DNA of 64,000 nt from Candidatus Eiseniibacteriota bacterium (GCA_044223005.1 JBGAML010000006.1:64001-128000); one strand, 5' to 3'. Positions 30,563 to 40,934 are shown, numbered from the stretch's first letter. Numbers and translations are program-made. The notes: generated by a model from the letters alone, not told the origin.

Positions 30563-31752
30563 TGGAGGTCCCCTTCGGCGAGCCAGGCGCCGGGCGATTG
30601 CAACCGCTCGACCAGCGCGTAGAGGAAGTCGGCCCCGACCGCGCCGTCGACGACCCGATGGTCCATCGACAGCGACAGGTTGCCGAGGTCGCGGATCACG
30701 ATCTGCTCGTCGACCACGGCGGGCTTGCGGCCCACCGCGTGCACGCCGAGGATCGCGACCTGCGGATGGTGCAGGATCGGCGTCGCGAGCACGCCGCCCT
30801 TCGCGCCGGTGCTGGTGACGGTGAACGTGCCGCCCTGCAGCTCGGCGAGCTGCAGGTGGTGTCCGCGGGCCGCGGTCGCGAGCCGCTCGACCTCGCGCGC
30901 GAGCGCGAACAGGCCGAGCCGCCCGGCGTCGTGCACGATCGGCACCGTGAGGCCTTCGTCGGTCGCGGTGGCGACGCCGAGGTGGATCGCCCCATGCTGC
31001 ACGATCTCCTGCGTCGCGTCGTCGAGCGAGGCGTTGAGCAGGGGGAAGCGCCCGAGCACCTCGGGCAACGCGCGCAGCACGTAGTGGAGCAGCGAGAGCT
31101 TCACGCCGGCGGCCTCGGCCTTCGCCTTCACGGCGTTGCGGTGCTCGACGATCGCGGTGAAGTCGCACTCGGCGACGAAGGTGAACTGGGCCGCGGTCGA
31201 GAGCGAACGGCGCATGTGCTCGGCGATCTTCCGCCGCAAGCCCCGTACCGGCACGCGCGTGTCGCCGGCCGCGCCCGCGGGCGCCGCGGCGCCCGCCTGA
31301 GCGGCGCGCACGTCGTCGGCGGTGATGCGGCCGCCCGGGCCCGTGCCGCGCACCTGCTCGAGCGCGACGCCGAGTTCCTTCGCCAGCGCGCGCACGGCGG
31401 GCGCGGCCTCGACGCGCGCGCCGCTTGCGGGCGCCGCCGCGGGTGCCGCAGGCGCGGGTGCCGCCGCGGCCGGCGCAGCGTGGGCCGCGGGTGCGGCCGC
31501 AGCGGGCGCGCCCCCGGCGACGGCGATCGAGACGATCACGGTGCCCACGGGCACCATGGCGCCTTCTTCGGCGTGCAGCGCGGCGATCGTGCCGGTGCGC
31601 GGCGAGGGAATCTCGACGCTGGCCTTGTCGGTCATGACCTCGACCAGCGGCTGGTCCTCGCGTACGGCGTCGCCGGCCTTCACGAGCCAGCGCACGATCT
31701 CGCCTTCGGCGACGCCTTCGCCGATGTCGGGGAGCTTCACGTCGAACGTCAC
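30559..31752 (-). CDS. pdhC: Dihydrolipoamide acyltransferase E2
   Basis: Lipoyl MTDKA, E3-binding GTGPGGRIT, catalytic DHRVVDG. Confidence 0.9.
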   Translation of the reverse strand: MTFDVKLPDIGEGVAEGEIVRWLVKAGDAVREDQPLVEVMTDKASVEIPSPRTGTIAALHAEEGAMVPVGTVIVSIAVAGGAPAAAAPAAHAAPAAAAPAPAAPAAAPASGARVEAAPAVRALAKELGVALEQVRGTGPGGRITADDVRAAQAGAAAPAGAAGDTRVPVRGLRRKIAEHMRRSLSTAAQFTFVAECDFTAIVEHRNAVKAKAEAAGVKLSLLHYVLRALPEVLGRFPLLNASLDDATQEIVQHGAIHLGVATATDEGLTVPIVHDAGRLGLFALAREVERLATAARGHHLQLAELQGGTFTVTSTGAKGGVLATPILHHPQVAILGVHAVGRKPAVVDEQIVIRDLGNLSLSMDHRVVDGAVGADFLYALVERLQSPGAWLAEGDLQ

Positions 31753-31768
31753 GCGTCCTCCTGAAGGA

Positions 31769-32071
31769 TCAGTCCAGCAGGTCGAACCGGCCCATGGGCG
31801 TCTCGCGCTCCCAGGTCCGGCGGCCGCGTTCGGAGAGGGCCTCGATCGCATCCGCGTGGTCGCGCACGAACTCGTCGTACGGCACCTCGCTGGTCCAGCG
31901 GTCCGCCACGACGTAGCGCGCGGGATCGCGCCGGTCGTGCCAGAGCGTGACGCTGACGAACGCGGGGCTGCCCTTGAAGAGCTGCGTCCACGGGCCGTCG
32001 GGCCGGTAGAGCGACTCGAAGTCGTCGTTCTGTCCGGGCTTCACGCGGTACTCCCACAACACGAGCAGCAC
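31769..32071 (-). CDS. ABM-like (dimeric alpha/beta barrel) protein
   Basis: WEYRVKPG...FE..Y..DG.W..LF, DRW; SD GGAGGAG. Confidence 0.7.
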   Translation of the reverse strand: MLLVLWEYRVKPGQNDDFESLYRPDGPWTQLFKGSPAFVSVTLWHDRRDPARYVVADRWTSEVPYDEFVRDHADAIEALSERGRRTWERETPMGRFDLLD

Positions 32072-32085
32072 GGGGTCTCCTCCGC

Positions 32086-33060
32086 TCAGAACTGCATGAC
32101 GTGCTCGATCGCGACGAGCACGCGATTCGCGTCCGGCAGGTAGGTGTGTTCCAGCGAGTAGGGGAACGGGGTGTCGTAGCCGGTGACGCGCAGCACCGGC
32201 GCCTGCAGGCTCGTGAGCGCCTGCTCGGCGACGATCGCGGCCAGTTCGGCGCCATAGCCGCACGTGCGCGGCGCTTCGTGCAGGATCACGACGCGCCCGG
32301 TGCGCCGCACGCTCTCGAGCATCGTCGCGGTGTCGAGCGGGAGCAGCGTTCGCAGGTCCACGACCTCCACCGACGTGCCCTTCGCCGCGGCGGCCTCGGC
32401 GGCTTCGACGGCGACGGGCACCATGGCGCCGTACGCGAGCACGGTCACGTGCTCGCCGGCGCGCGCGATGCGGGCCTTGCCGATCGGCACGCTCGTACGG
32501 CCCTCGGGCACGTCTTCCTTGAGCGAGCGGTAGAGCCGCTTGGGCTCGAGGAAGATCACCGGGTCCTCGCTAGCGAGCGCCGAGAGCAGCAGGCCCTTCG
32601 CGTCGGAGGGCGTCGACGGGATCACGACCTGCAGGCCCGTCGTGTGGCAGAAGTAGGCCTCGGGGCTCTGCGAGTGGTAGAGCCCGCCGCGGATGCCGCC
32701 GCCGTAAGGCGCGCGCACGACCACGGGACAGGAGTACTGCCCGGCCGAGCGCCAGCGCAGCTTGGCGAGCTCGCTCACGATCTGGTCGAAGGCGGGGTAG
32801 ACGAAGTCGACGAACTGGATCTCGGCGACGGGGCGCATGCCGTACAGCGCCATGCCGATCGCACCGCCGACGATGCCGTTCTCCGCGAGCGGCGTGTCGG
32901 CCACGCGATCGGCGCCGAACTCGGCCTGCAGGCCCTCGGTGACGCGGAACACGCCGCCGTTGCGGCCGACGTCCTCGCCGAGCACGACCACGCGCGGATC
33001 CTCGCGCAACGCGACGCGCAGCGCGTCGGTGATCGCCTGCACCATCGTCATCTGCGGCAT
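32086..33060 (-). CDS. pdhB: 2-oxoacid dehydrogenase E1 beta
   Basis: GEDVG..GGVFR.T.GL, DTPLAE, EIQF, HSQS, FLEPK. Confidence 0.9.
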   Translation of the reverse strand: MPQMTMVQAITDALRVALREDPRVVVLGEDVGRNGGVFRVTEGLQAEFGADRVADTPLAENGIVGGAIGMALYGMRPVAEIQFVDFVYPAFDQIVSELAKLRWRSAGQYSCPVVVRAPYGGGIRGGLYHSQSPEAYFCHTTGLQVVIPSTPSDAKGLLLSALASEDPVIFLEPKRLYRSLKEDVPEGRTSVPIGKARIARAGEHVTVLAYGAMVPVAVEAAEAAAAKGTSVEVVDLRTLLPLDTATMLESVRRTGRVVILHEAPRTCGYGAELAAIVAEQALTSLQAPVLRVTGYDTPFPYSLEHTYLPDANRVLVAIEHVMQF

Positions 33061-33231
33061 GCGGGGGCTCTCCGGAGGTCGGGACGTGGGACGGGGCAGG
33101 TTAGCCGAGCGGTGGAGCGCGCAGCAACCGCTTCCGCGTGCGCGAGATCGGGCCGTTTCCGGGGCGCCGCGCGGGCGCCGGCCGGCGCCGGCCGGGGCGC
33201 GGGATCCTGGACGGACGCCTCGGCCGGCGGC

Positions 33232-33274
33232 TGGACAATTAGCTTGAGCAAAGATACTTTTTAGCCGAAGCTAA
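33232..33274 (+). promoter_or_regulatory. Sigma70-like promoter overlapped by tandem DtxR/MntR-type operator sites
   Basis: TGGACA-N17-TACTTT; TTAGCTTGAGCAAA (33239-52) and palindromic TTAGC-CGAA-GCTAA (33261-74) in an AT-rich island. Confidence 0.6.
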
Positions 33275-33409
33275 TATCCACGCGATGCCCCCTGCACTTT
33301 CGACCCGGAGGACGCCCCGCATGCGATCGATCGGAGCCCGGCCAGCGGCCGCCCGCCCGCAGCGCTGGCGCGCCGCGAACGCGTGCCGCGCCGCCGGTGA
33401 GCGCGGGGT

Positions 33410-34105
33410 GTGCTCGTGACGACGCGCACGCCGGTCCGGCTCTCGCGTTCGCGCGAGGACTACTTGAAGGCGCTCTTCGATCTCGCCTCGGAGGCGCCGG
33501 TGACGGTGACCGCGCTCGCGCGGCGGCTCGGCGTGTCGGCGCCCAGCGTGACGAACATGCTCGCGCGGCTTGCGGCGGAGAAGCTCGTGGCGCTGGAGCA
33601 CCGCGGTGCGGCGCGGCTCACGCCGGAGGGTGATCGCGAGGCGCTGCGCATGGTGCGCCGGCACCGGATCCTGGAGACGTTCCTCGTCCGCGTACTGGGA
33701 CTCGACTGGAGCGACGTGCACGAGGACGCCGAGGAGCTCGAGCACCACGTGAGCGATCGCGTGCTCGAGGCGATCGACCGCCACATGTCGCACCCGACCG
33801 AGGATCCGCACGGGCACCCGATCCCGGATGCGCGTGGCCGCCTGCCGCGGCGCGCGCTGATTCCGCTGCGCGCGCTGCCCGACGGCGCGCGGGCCCGCGT
33901 GCGCGAGATCCTCGATCGCGACGCGCGCCGCATGGCGCGCTGGAAGCGCGCGGGGCTCGTGCCGGGCGCGGACGTGCGCATGCGCCGCGCGGACCTCGAC
34001 GACGACGTGTTCGAACTCGAGGTGGGCGGCCGCCGGATGGTGGTGGGGCACGAGGCGCTCGAGGGCGTGTTCGTCGAGAAGGCCGGCCGCGAGGTGCGCG
34101 CATGA
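33410..34105 (+). CDS. mntR: DtxR/MntR metal-dependent repressor with FeoA domain
   Basis: EDYLK, RRHRILETFL, HEDAEELEH, DPHGHPIP. Confidence 0.88.
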   Translation: MLVTTRTPVRLSRSREDYLKALFDLASEAPVTVTALARRLGVSAPSVTNMLARLAAEKLVALEHRGAARLTPEGDREALRMVRRHRILETFLVRVLGLDWSDVHEDAEELEHHVSDRVLEAIDRHMSHPTEDPHGHPIPDARGRLPRRALIPLRALPDGARARVREILDRDARRMARWKRAGLVPGADVRMRRADLDDDVFELEVGGRRMVVGHEALEGVFVEKAGREVRA

Positions 34106-36084
34106 GCGAACTGCCGGCGCGCTCGCTGCCCGAACTGCACGGCACTGTGGCGGTGCCGCGCTCGGGCTCGTGGCTGCGGCGGCTGTTCGCGTTCGCGGGA
34201 CCGGCGTACCTCGTCAGCGTCGGCTACATGGACCCGGGCAACTGGGCCACGGACCTCGCGGGCGGGTCCAAATTCGGCTACCAGCTGGTCTGGGTGCTGC
34301 TGATGAGCAACCTGATGGCCGTGCTGCTGCAGACGCTGGCCGCACGGCTCGGCGTGGTGACGGGGCAGGATCTCGCGCAGGCCTGCCGCGATGCATACCC
34401 GCGCTGGCTGGTCGTGCCGCAGTGGCTGCTCTGCGAGCTGGCGATCGTGGCGTGCGACCTCGCCGAGGTGCTCGGCGCGGCGATCGGCCTGCAGCTGCTG
34501 TTCGGGCTGCCGCTGGTCGCGGGCGTCGTCGTGACTGCGCTCGACGTGCTGCTGCTCCTGCTGCTCTCGCGCTACGGCATGCGCCGGCTCGAGGCGCTGA
34601 TCCTGGTGCTGGTCGCCACCATGGGCGGCTGCTTCGCGTTCGAGATGCTGCTGTCGCGGCCCGACGTCGCGGCGATCGTGGCGGGGTTCGTGCCGCGCGA
34701 CGCCCACGGCACGCCGACGCTGTTCGCGCCCGCACCGGGCGGCGGGTGGTCGGTGCTCGGCCTGCACGGCGAGTCGCTCTACATCGCGATCGGCATCCTC
34801 GGCGCCACGGTGATGCCGCACAACCTCTACCTGCACAGCGCGCTCGTGCAGAGCCGCGCGGTGGAGAACTCGATCGAGGGCAAGCGCGAGGCCTGCCGGC
34901 TCAACCTGGTCGATTCGGCGATCGCGCTCAACGCGGCGTTCTTCGTCAACGCGGCGATCCTCGTGCTCGCGGCGGCGGCGTTCCACCGCAACGGCCTGCA
35001 CGAGGTGAGCTCGCTCCGCGAGGCGCACCGGTTGCTCGCGCCGCTGCTCGGCACGTCGCTCGCCTCGACGCTGTTCGCGGTGGCGCTGCTGTCGTCGGGA
35101 CAGTCGAGCACGATCACGGGAACGCTCGCGGGCCAGATCGTGATGGAGGGCTTCCTGCGCGTACGCCTGCGGCCATGGCTGCGGCGCGCGATCAGCCGCG
35201 GGCTCGCGATCGTTCCCGCGGTGCTGGTGCTCGTGCTGCAGGGCGAGCACGCGGTGGATTCGCTGCTCGTGCTCTCGCAGGTCGTGCTGAGCCTGCAGCT
35301 GTCGTTCGCGGTCGTGCCGCTGGTCGCGTTCACGAGCGATCGCCGCCGCATGGGCCCGTTCGCGAACCCGCGCCCGGTCGCCGTTCTCGCGTGGCTCGTC
35401 GCCGCGCTGATCGCGTTCCTGAACGGCAAGCTCGTATTCGACGCCGTGGCGGGGGCGATCTCCGGCGGCGCCGCATGGGCGGGCTGGATCGCGCTGCCGA
35501 TCGCGCTCGCGCTGGCCGTGATGCTCGCGTACCTCGCCCTGTCGCCGTGGCTGAAGTCGCACTGGCCGGGCCTCGCCCCGGCACCGGCGCTGCACGCGGC
35601 CGGGTCACGGCCGCAGCCGGCGGCTGCGGCGGCGCCGGCGATGCCGGCCTTCAACGCGGGCGCCTACCGCCGCATCGCGGTCGCGCTCGAACTCGGCGGC
35701 TCCGACGCGAGTGTGATCGAGTTCCTCCGTACGCTCGCGTTCGTGCCGGGATCGGAACTGGTGCTGGTCCACGTGGTCGAGAGCGCTGCGAGCCGCTACC
35801 TCGGCGAGCAGAGCGGCGACGCCGAGTCGCGCGAGGACCAGGCCGCGCTCGACGCGATCGCAGGGGAGTTCCGCGCGCGCGGCATCGAGGCGCGGGCGCT
35901 GCTCGGCCACGGCGACGCCAAGCACGAGATCGCGCGCCTCGTGCGCGCGGAGTCGGCGGACCTGCTCATCACGGGCTCGCACGGCCACACCGGCCTGCGC
36001 GACGTGATGTACGGCGCGACCGTCTCGGCCGTACGGCACCTCGTGAGCTGTCCCGTGCTCACGGTGCCGCCGCCGCGAAACTGA
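34102..36084 (+). CDS. mntH: Nramp divalent metal transporter with C-terminal USP domain
   Basis: GYMDPGNW, VMPHNLYLHS, GQSSTITGT; USP GSHGH...G. Confidence 0.92.
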   Translation: MSELPARSLPELHGTVAVPRSGSWLRRLFAFAGPAYLVSVGYMDPGNWATDLAGGSKFGYQLVWVLLMSNLMAVLLQTLAARLGVVTGQDLAQACRDAYPRWLVVPQWLLCELAIVACDLAEVLGAAIGLQLLFGLPLVAGVVVTALDVLLLLLLSRYGMRRLEALILVLVATMGGCFAFEMLLSRPDVAAIVAGFVPRDAHGTPTLFAPAPGGGWSVLGLHGESLYIAIGILGATVMPHNLYLHSALVQSRAVENSIEGKREACRLNLVDSAIALNAAFFVNAAILVLAAAAFHRNGLHEVSSLREAHRLLAPLLGTSLASTLFAVALLSSGQSSTITGTLAGQIVMEGFLRVRLRPWLRRAISRGLAIVPAVLVLVLQGEHAVDSLLVLSQVVLSLQLSFAVVPLVAFTSDRRRMGPFANPRPVAVLAWLVAALIAFLNGKLVFDAVAGAISGGAAWAGWIALPIALALAVMLAYLALSPWLKSHWPGLAPAPALHAAGSRPQPAAAAAPAMPAFNAGAYRRIAVALELGGSDASVIEFLRTLAFVPGSELVLVHVVESAASRYLGEQSGDAESREDQAALDAIAGEFRARGIEARALLGHGDAKHEIARLVRAESADLLITGSHGHTGLRDVMYGATVSAVRHLVSCPVLTVPPPRN

Positions 36085-36144
36085 CGCGGCGTTCTCCGCC
36101 GGGCGGTGGCGCGCGCGCTCGTCGGCGAGCGGCGTGGGTAGGTT

Positions 36145-37464
36145 GTGGGCGCCGCGCGCGGAACCGCCGCGCGCCGTCCGGAACCCACCCAGGAGCCCGC
36201 CGTGCCGTCCGCTTCCCTCGTCGCCCCAGCCGGTGCCGTGCCGTTCGTGCTGCTGCCCGCGATTTCGCCGATCCACGATCCCGCGGCCATGCGTTCGCTC
36301 GTCGAGTCGTATGCCGCGCCGCTGCGCGCCATGGGCGCCATCCCGCATGCCGAGGGCGTGACGCGGAACGTGGGTCCGATCGTGGTGCTGGTCGTGACGG
36401 GAGGGACCGAGCGTCTCGTGCTGCGCGCGCTCGACCTGGTCTCGCGCGAGCCGGTGCTGCTGGTGGCGCACCCCGGGCACAACTCGCTGCCGGCGTCGCT
36501 CGAGATCCTCGCGCGCGTGCAGCAACTGGGCGGCCGCGGCGAAGTGCACTACCTGGGCGGCCCGGACGACACCGCCGCGCTCGCGCGCCTCGCCGAGGCG
36601 ATCCGCGGGCTCGCGGTGCGCCGCGCGCTGCGCGGGGCGCGCGTCGGGCTGGTGGGCGACCCGAGCGACTGGCTGGTCGCGAGCAGCCCCGATTCGGCGA
36701 CGGTGCGCGAGGTCTGGGGGCCGACCGTGGTGCCGCTCGCACTCGACGGACTGCTCGCCGAGCCCGCGCCGGAGCTCGTGAAGCTCGGCGAAGCGGCTGC
36801 GCGCGAGTTCCGCACCGGTGCCACGGAAACGCGCGAACCCGCCGACGCCGACCTCGCGGCCGCGGGCGGCGTGCTCGCGACGCTGCGGCGCATGGTGCAG
36901 GACGAGCGGCTCGACGCGGTGACGGTGCGCTGCTTCGATCTCGTGGTGCAGCGGCATCGCACCGGTTGCCTCGCACTCGCGCAGCTCAACGACGACGGCG
37001 TGATCGCCGGCTGCGAGGGCGACCTCGTGACCACGGTGGCCATGCTGTGGCTGAACCGCATGACCGGGGCGCTGCCGTGGATGGCGAACCCGTCGCGTGT
37101 GGACCGCGGCCGCGGGACGCTGCTGCTCGCGCACTGCACGATCGCGCGCGGGCTCGTGAGCGGCTACCAGTTGCGCTCGCACTTCGAGTCGGGCCTGGGC
37201 GCCGCGGTGCAGGGCACGCTGCCCGCCGGCCCGGTGACGCTGGTTCGCCTCGGCGGCGCGCGCATGGAACGCCTGCGGGCGCTCGACGCGACGCTCGTCG
37301 GTAACACCGACCACGCCGATCTCTGCCGCACGCAGGTCGAGATCGAGATCGGCCGCGACGCGATCGACGAGATCCTGTCGGACCCGCTCGGCAACCACAT
37401 GGTGCTCGTGCCCGGCCACCACGCGCCGGCGCTGCGGCGCTGGCACGCGGCGCACGTGCAGTAG
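36145..37464 (+). CDS. L-fucose/L-arabinose isomerase-like protein; start uncertain (possibly 36202)
   Basis: TGGTE, RCF, CEGD, AHCT, CRTQ, GNH motifs. Confidence 0.6.
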   Translation: MGAARGTAARRPEPTQEPAVPSASLVAPAGAVPFVLLPAISPIHDPAAMRSLVESYAAPLRAMGAIPHAEGVTRNVGPIVVLVVTGGTERLVLRALDLVSREPVLLVAHPGHNSLPASLEILARVQQLGGRGEVHYLGGPDDTAALARLAEAIRGLAVRRALRGARVGLVGDPSDWLVASSPDSATVREVWGPTVVPLALDGLLAEPAPELVKLGEAAAREFRTGATETREPADADLAAAGGVLATLRRMVQDERLDAVTVRCFDLVVQRHRTGCLALAQLNDDGVIAGCEGDLVTTVAMLWLNRMTGALPWMANPSRVDRGRGTLLLAHCTIARGLVSGYQLRSHFESGLGAAVQGTLPAGPVTLVRLGGARMERLRALDATLVGNTDHADLCRTQVEIEIGRDAIDEILSDPLGNHMVLVPGHHAPALRRWHAAHVQ

Positions 37465-37568
37465 GCGGCGGCCGGCTCGAGTTTCCGAGGGGCGCCGCAC
37501 CGCGAACATGCCGCAAGGCATGTTTCGTTCGCTCGCATCGAACGCGCGAACACACGCGGATGACGAAG

Positions 37569-37608
37569 CCCGGACCTGTACCCGCCCCGGGGCGGGTACA
37601 GGTCCGGG
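37569..37608. repeat. 40-bp perfect palindrome between convergent genes
   Basis: CCCGGACCTGTACCCGCCCC|GGGGCGGGTACAGGTCCGGG. Confidence 0.75.
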
Positions 37609-37650
37609 GAATGTCCCGGTGCGCGAGGCGGGAGGGGCGACCGCTGCTCG

Positions 37651-38892
37651 CTACCCGTCCCGATCGGCGAGCCCTGGTGCGGGCGCGATCACGCCGGCCA
37701 TGAGCAGGCCCGCGACCAGCGCGGCGACCATGATCATCATGCGGAACGCGGCTTCGACGCCGCTCAGCACGTCGCGGTTCATGAGCAGTGTGAGGCTGCG
37801 GAAGCCGACGCTTCCGGGCACGAGCAGCAGGATCGAGGGCACGAGCGTCGTCGCGGGCGAACCGCCGCGGCGGCGGGCGAGCAGGTTGCTCGCCGACGCG
37901 GCGACGAGCGCGCCGGTGAACGCGCCGAGCTCGGGGCCGAAGCCCGTGCTCGCGGCGCGGCCGGCGAGGAATCCGGCGGCGCCGGTGAGCAGGATCCACG
38001 GGTAGTCGCGCGGCCGCGCGCGCAGCAGCACCGTGAACGCGAGCGGCGCCGTGACGAGCGCGATCCACTCCGTCCACGCGGGCAGCGGCGGGGGCGTGAC
38101 GTGCGCGGCGGGGCCCACGAGCAGCGCGGCGACGCGGCCGCCCATGGCGACGCCGAATGCGAGGCCGAGGAACTTGGCGCCCGCGCCGGTGAGGCGTGCG
38201 GTGCCGGAGACGAGGTGCTGGCTCGAGAGTTCCGACATGGCGGCGGTGAGCGCGAGTCCCGGCAGCAGCACGAGGATCGCGCCGAGCGTCGCGACGTAGA
38301 CCGAGAGCGGCTGGAAGTGCGCGACGGCCGAGGCGCAGGCCGAGACCAGGAACGCCGCGCCGGGCTCGAACGTGCGCGCGAGCGCCGGGCGCTTCGCCGC
38401 GAGCTGCGCGAGCAGCGCCAGCAGCAGGCCGAGCGTGGCCGCGCACGCGATCTCGCGCACGCCGCCGCCGAGGAACCGCCCCGCGGCCGCGCCCGAAAGC
38501 GCGAACGCGATCGCCGTGAGCCCCGCGCCCCAGCGCGGCGGTGCGGCAAGCAGCGCGCGCAGGAGCACGATGCCCTCGGCGGGCGTGTGGCGGCCGGCGA
38601 GCACGTCGCGGCCGAGGTCGATCGTGCGCGAAAGCCGCTCGAGGTTCACGTCGCCCGGCTCCACGCGCAGCAGGTGCGTGCGCTGCTCGCGCGCCGGGCC
38701 GAACGCCGCGAAGATCGACGTCGGCGTCGTGAAGAACTGGCCCTTCAGGCCCAGCTGGTCCGAGGCGCGCTGCATGCCCTCTTCGAGCCAGTGCGACGGA
38801 TGGCCGAGCGCGTGCAGCGCGCGGCCCAGTTCGAGCACGAACTCGATCGCGTCGGACTCGTCGGCGGAGACCGCGTCACGGCGATCGCTCAT
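37651..38892 (-). CDS. Threonine/serine exporter (ThrE family)
   Basis: TPT, LLPG.ALT.A..EL....LVSG, LLVPGS; multiple TM segments. Confidence 0.85.
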   Translation of the reverse strand: MSDRRDAVSADESDAIEFVLELGRALHALGHPSHWLEEGMQRASDQLGLKGQFFTTPTSIFAAFGPAREQRTHLLRVEPGDVNLERLSRTIDLGRDVLAGRHTPAEGIVLLRALLAAPPRWGAGLTAIAFALSGAAAGRFLGGGVREIACAATLGLLLALLAQLAAKRPALARTFEPGAAFLVSACASAVAHFQPLSVYVATLGAILVLLPGLALTAAMSELSSQHLVSGTARLTGAGAKFLGLAFGVAMGGRVAALLVGPAAHVTPPPLPAWTEWIALVTAPLAFTVLLRARPRDYPWILLTGAAGFLAGRAASTGFGPELGAFTGALVAASASNLLARRRGGSPATTLVPSILLLVPGSVGFRSLTLLMNRDVLSGVEAAFRMMIMVAALVAGLLMAGVIAPAPGLADRDG

Positions 38893-39668
38893 GCGGCCTC
38901 CGCGCCGCGCACGCCGAGCGCCTCGATCGCCGCGGGCAGGTTCGCGACGCCCGCGAGCGTCACCGCGCACGCGCCCTCGGGCTCGCCCGGCTCCAGCGTC
39001 CACTCGACGCCGGCGAAGCGCGCCGCGCTGCGGCCGTCGGGGCGCGCCGTGAGCGTGGCCTCGAACAGGTCGGCGAGCCGCATCGCCGCGAGCGGGGGCG
39101 AACCGGCGCGCAGCGACACGCCCGCGATGCCGGTCGCGCCGTTGGCGTGCCGCGTCGCGTCGCCGCCGGGAACACGGGCGTCGCGAGGCGAGCGGTCCTC
39201 GATCAGGAACGGGAGCGTGTCCTCGGCCGGCAGCAGCAGTTCCCACGCGAGTGCGTCCGCGCCCGGGCGCTCGCGGCGCATGGCGACCGGTCCCGTGAGC
39301 ACGCACTCGCGCCGCCGCGACTCGGTGGCGAAGCGCGCGAGCCTCTCGCCGCCGATGCACGCGTCGCCGACGCCCGCGGGGCCCGCGAGCCGCGGCAGGA
39401 AGCGGCGCGCGATCGCCGAGACGCCGCGCAGGTGCGCGTCCCAGCGCTCGCTGCCGCGCAGCGCGCGCAGTTCGTCGCGCGTGGCCGGGTCGCGGAACGC
39501 CAGCAGTTCGAGGTAGCTGCCGTCGGCGAACGCGACGAGCGCGTTCTCCGTGGGCAGCGCATCGTGCCGTCCGCCCGGCGTGACGGTGAAGCCCGCCGCG
39601 CGAAAACTCACGATGGCGGGCGAGAGGGCGTCGACGACGACGACCGCATGGTCGAAGCGGGTGCGCAT
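38889..39668 (-). CDS. VOC/glyoxalase_3 family protein
   Basis: FDHAVV, PGGRH...TEN.L..F.DG.YLEL, LPFLIED. Confidence 0.8.
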   Translation of the reverse strand: MRTRFDHAVVVVDALSPAIVSFRAAGFTVTPGGRHDALPTENALVAFADGSYLELLAFRDPATRDELRALRGSERWDAHLRGVSAIARRFLPRLAGPAGVGDACIGGERLARFATESRRRECVLTGPVAMRRERPGADALAWELLLPAEDTLPFLIEDRSPRDARVPGGDATRHANGATGIAGVSLRAGSPPLAAMRLADLFEATLTARPDGRSAARFAGVEWTLEPGEPEGACAVTLAGVANLPAAIEALGVRGAEAA

Positions 39669-39807
39669 GGCGCGTCACTCTAGAGGACTTCGGCCGGAGC
39701 GGCATCCGGGCGCGGCTGGCGATCCCGGAAGGGCGCGGGCTAAGATGCCGGCACGTCGCGCGGGCCACCCCCGAACCGGTTCGCGGGCGAGGACGCCGGA
39801 GGCGAGC

Positions 39808-40290
39808 GTGAGCGAGCGACTCTATTTTGGCAGGCTGCAGACGTCCGTTTCGGAAGTCGTGGACGCGGGCGATCTCTTACCCGATTACGAACTCGCCGCG
39901 ATCGCCGTGCTCGAAGGCCAGGAGCGCCCGGGCGAAGAGCCCGCGATCCGCCGCCGCGTGCGCGCCGAAGGCATCCGCCCGACCGAGCATCGCGGCGCGC
40001 TGCTGCTCGATCCGGGCGAGATGGAGCGCTTCTCGTCGGTGGGCCTGCTCGGCGGCGGCGACGAGGTCTACTTCGCGAGCGAATGGAACGACGAGTTCGA
40101 GGCGTTCCCGGGACGCATCGCGGCGGAGGCCATCGACTTCCGGGAGGGCACCCCGCTCGGGCTCGAGGAGTGGATGATCGACACGGGCTGCGTGCTCGTG
40201 CTCGGCGACGGCGCCGCGCTCAACTACGCGACGACCAGCGCCGACGTCCACGAACGCCTCGTGGCGCGCTTCAAGCCCGCGCGGAAATGA
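39808..40290 (+). CDS. Hypothetical protein (acidic)
   Basis: Codon usage typical of the window, SD GGAGG, stop overlaps the next ATG. Confidence 0.6.
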   Translation: MSERLYFGRLQTSVSEVVDAGDLLPDYELAAIAVLEGQERPGEEPAIRRRVRAEGIRPTEHRGALLLDPGEMERFSSVGLLGGGDEVYFASEWNDEFEAFPGRIAAEAIDFREGTPLGLEEWMIDTGCVLVLGDGAALNYATTSADVHERLVARFKPARK

Positions 40291-40934
40291 GCGAGTCCGC
40301 GGCGCCCTCGCCGGCGCGCCTGCTGCCGCTCGTGCTGCACGGTGCCGCGGGCCCGATCGAAGCGCTGCTGCAGGAGCGCGTGGAGCACGACCACGAACTC
40401 GTCGCCGTCGTGCTGCATCCGCACCCGCTCTTCGGCGGCACGATGCACAACAAGGTCGTGCACCGCGTGGCCTCGACGCTGCACGGCCTCGGCGCCGCCG
40501 TCCTGCGGTTCAACTTCCGCGGCGTGGGCGCGAGCGCGGGGACGCACGACCGCGGCGAGGGCGAGCTCGACGACGCGCGCGTGGCGCTCGAGGAGATGCG
40601 CCACCGCTACCCGGCCGCGCGCCGCTGGGTCGCGGGCTTCTCGTTCGGCTCGTGGGTCGCGTCGCGGCTCGCGGCCTCGTCGCCCGACGTCGAGCGGCTG
40701 ATCCTGGTCGCGCCGCCGGTGCACACGCAGACGTTCGAGGAGATGCGCACCGCGCCGGTGCCCAAGCTCGTCGTGCAGGGGCTGGCCGACGAGATCTGCC
40801 GCCCGGAGAACCTGCTCCGCACCTGGCCCACCTGGGCGGAGCCCAAGCGCCTGATGCGCGTCCCGGACGCCTCGCACTTCTTCGACCGCCAGCTCGCGGC
40901 GTTGGGCGAAGCGATTCTCGCCGGCATCCGCTGA
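40287..40934 (+). CDS. Alpha/beta hydrolase (COG2945-like)
   Basis: HPHPLFGGTMHNKVV, FNFRGVG, GFSFG nucleophile, HFF. Confidence 0.88.
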   Translation: MSESAAPSPARLLPLVLHGAAGPIEALLQERVEHDHELVAVVLHPHPLFGGTMHNKVVHRVASTLHGLGAAVLRFNFRGVGASAGTHDRGEGELDDARVALEEMRHRYPAARRWVAGFSFGSWVASRLAASSPDVERLILVAPPVHTQTFEEMRTAPVPKLVVQGLADEICRPENLLRTWPTWAEPKRLMRVPDASHFFDRQLAALGEAILAGIR

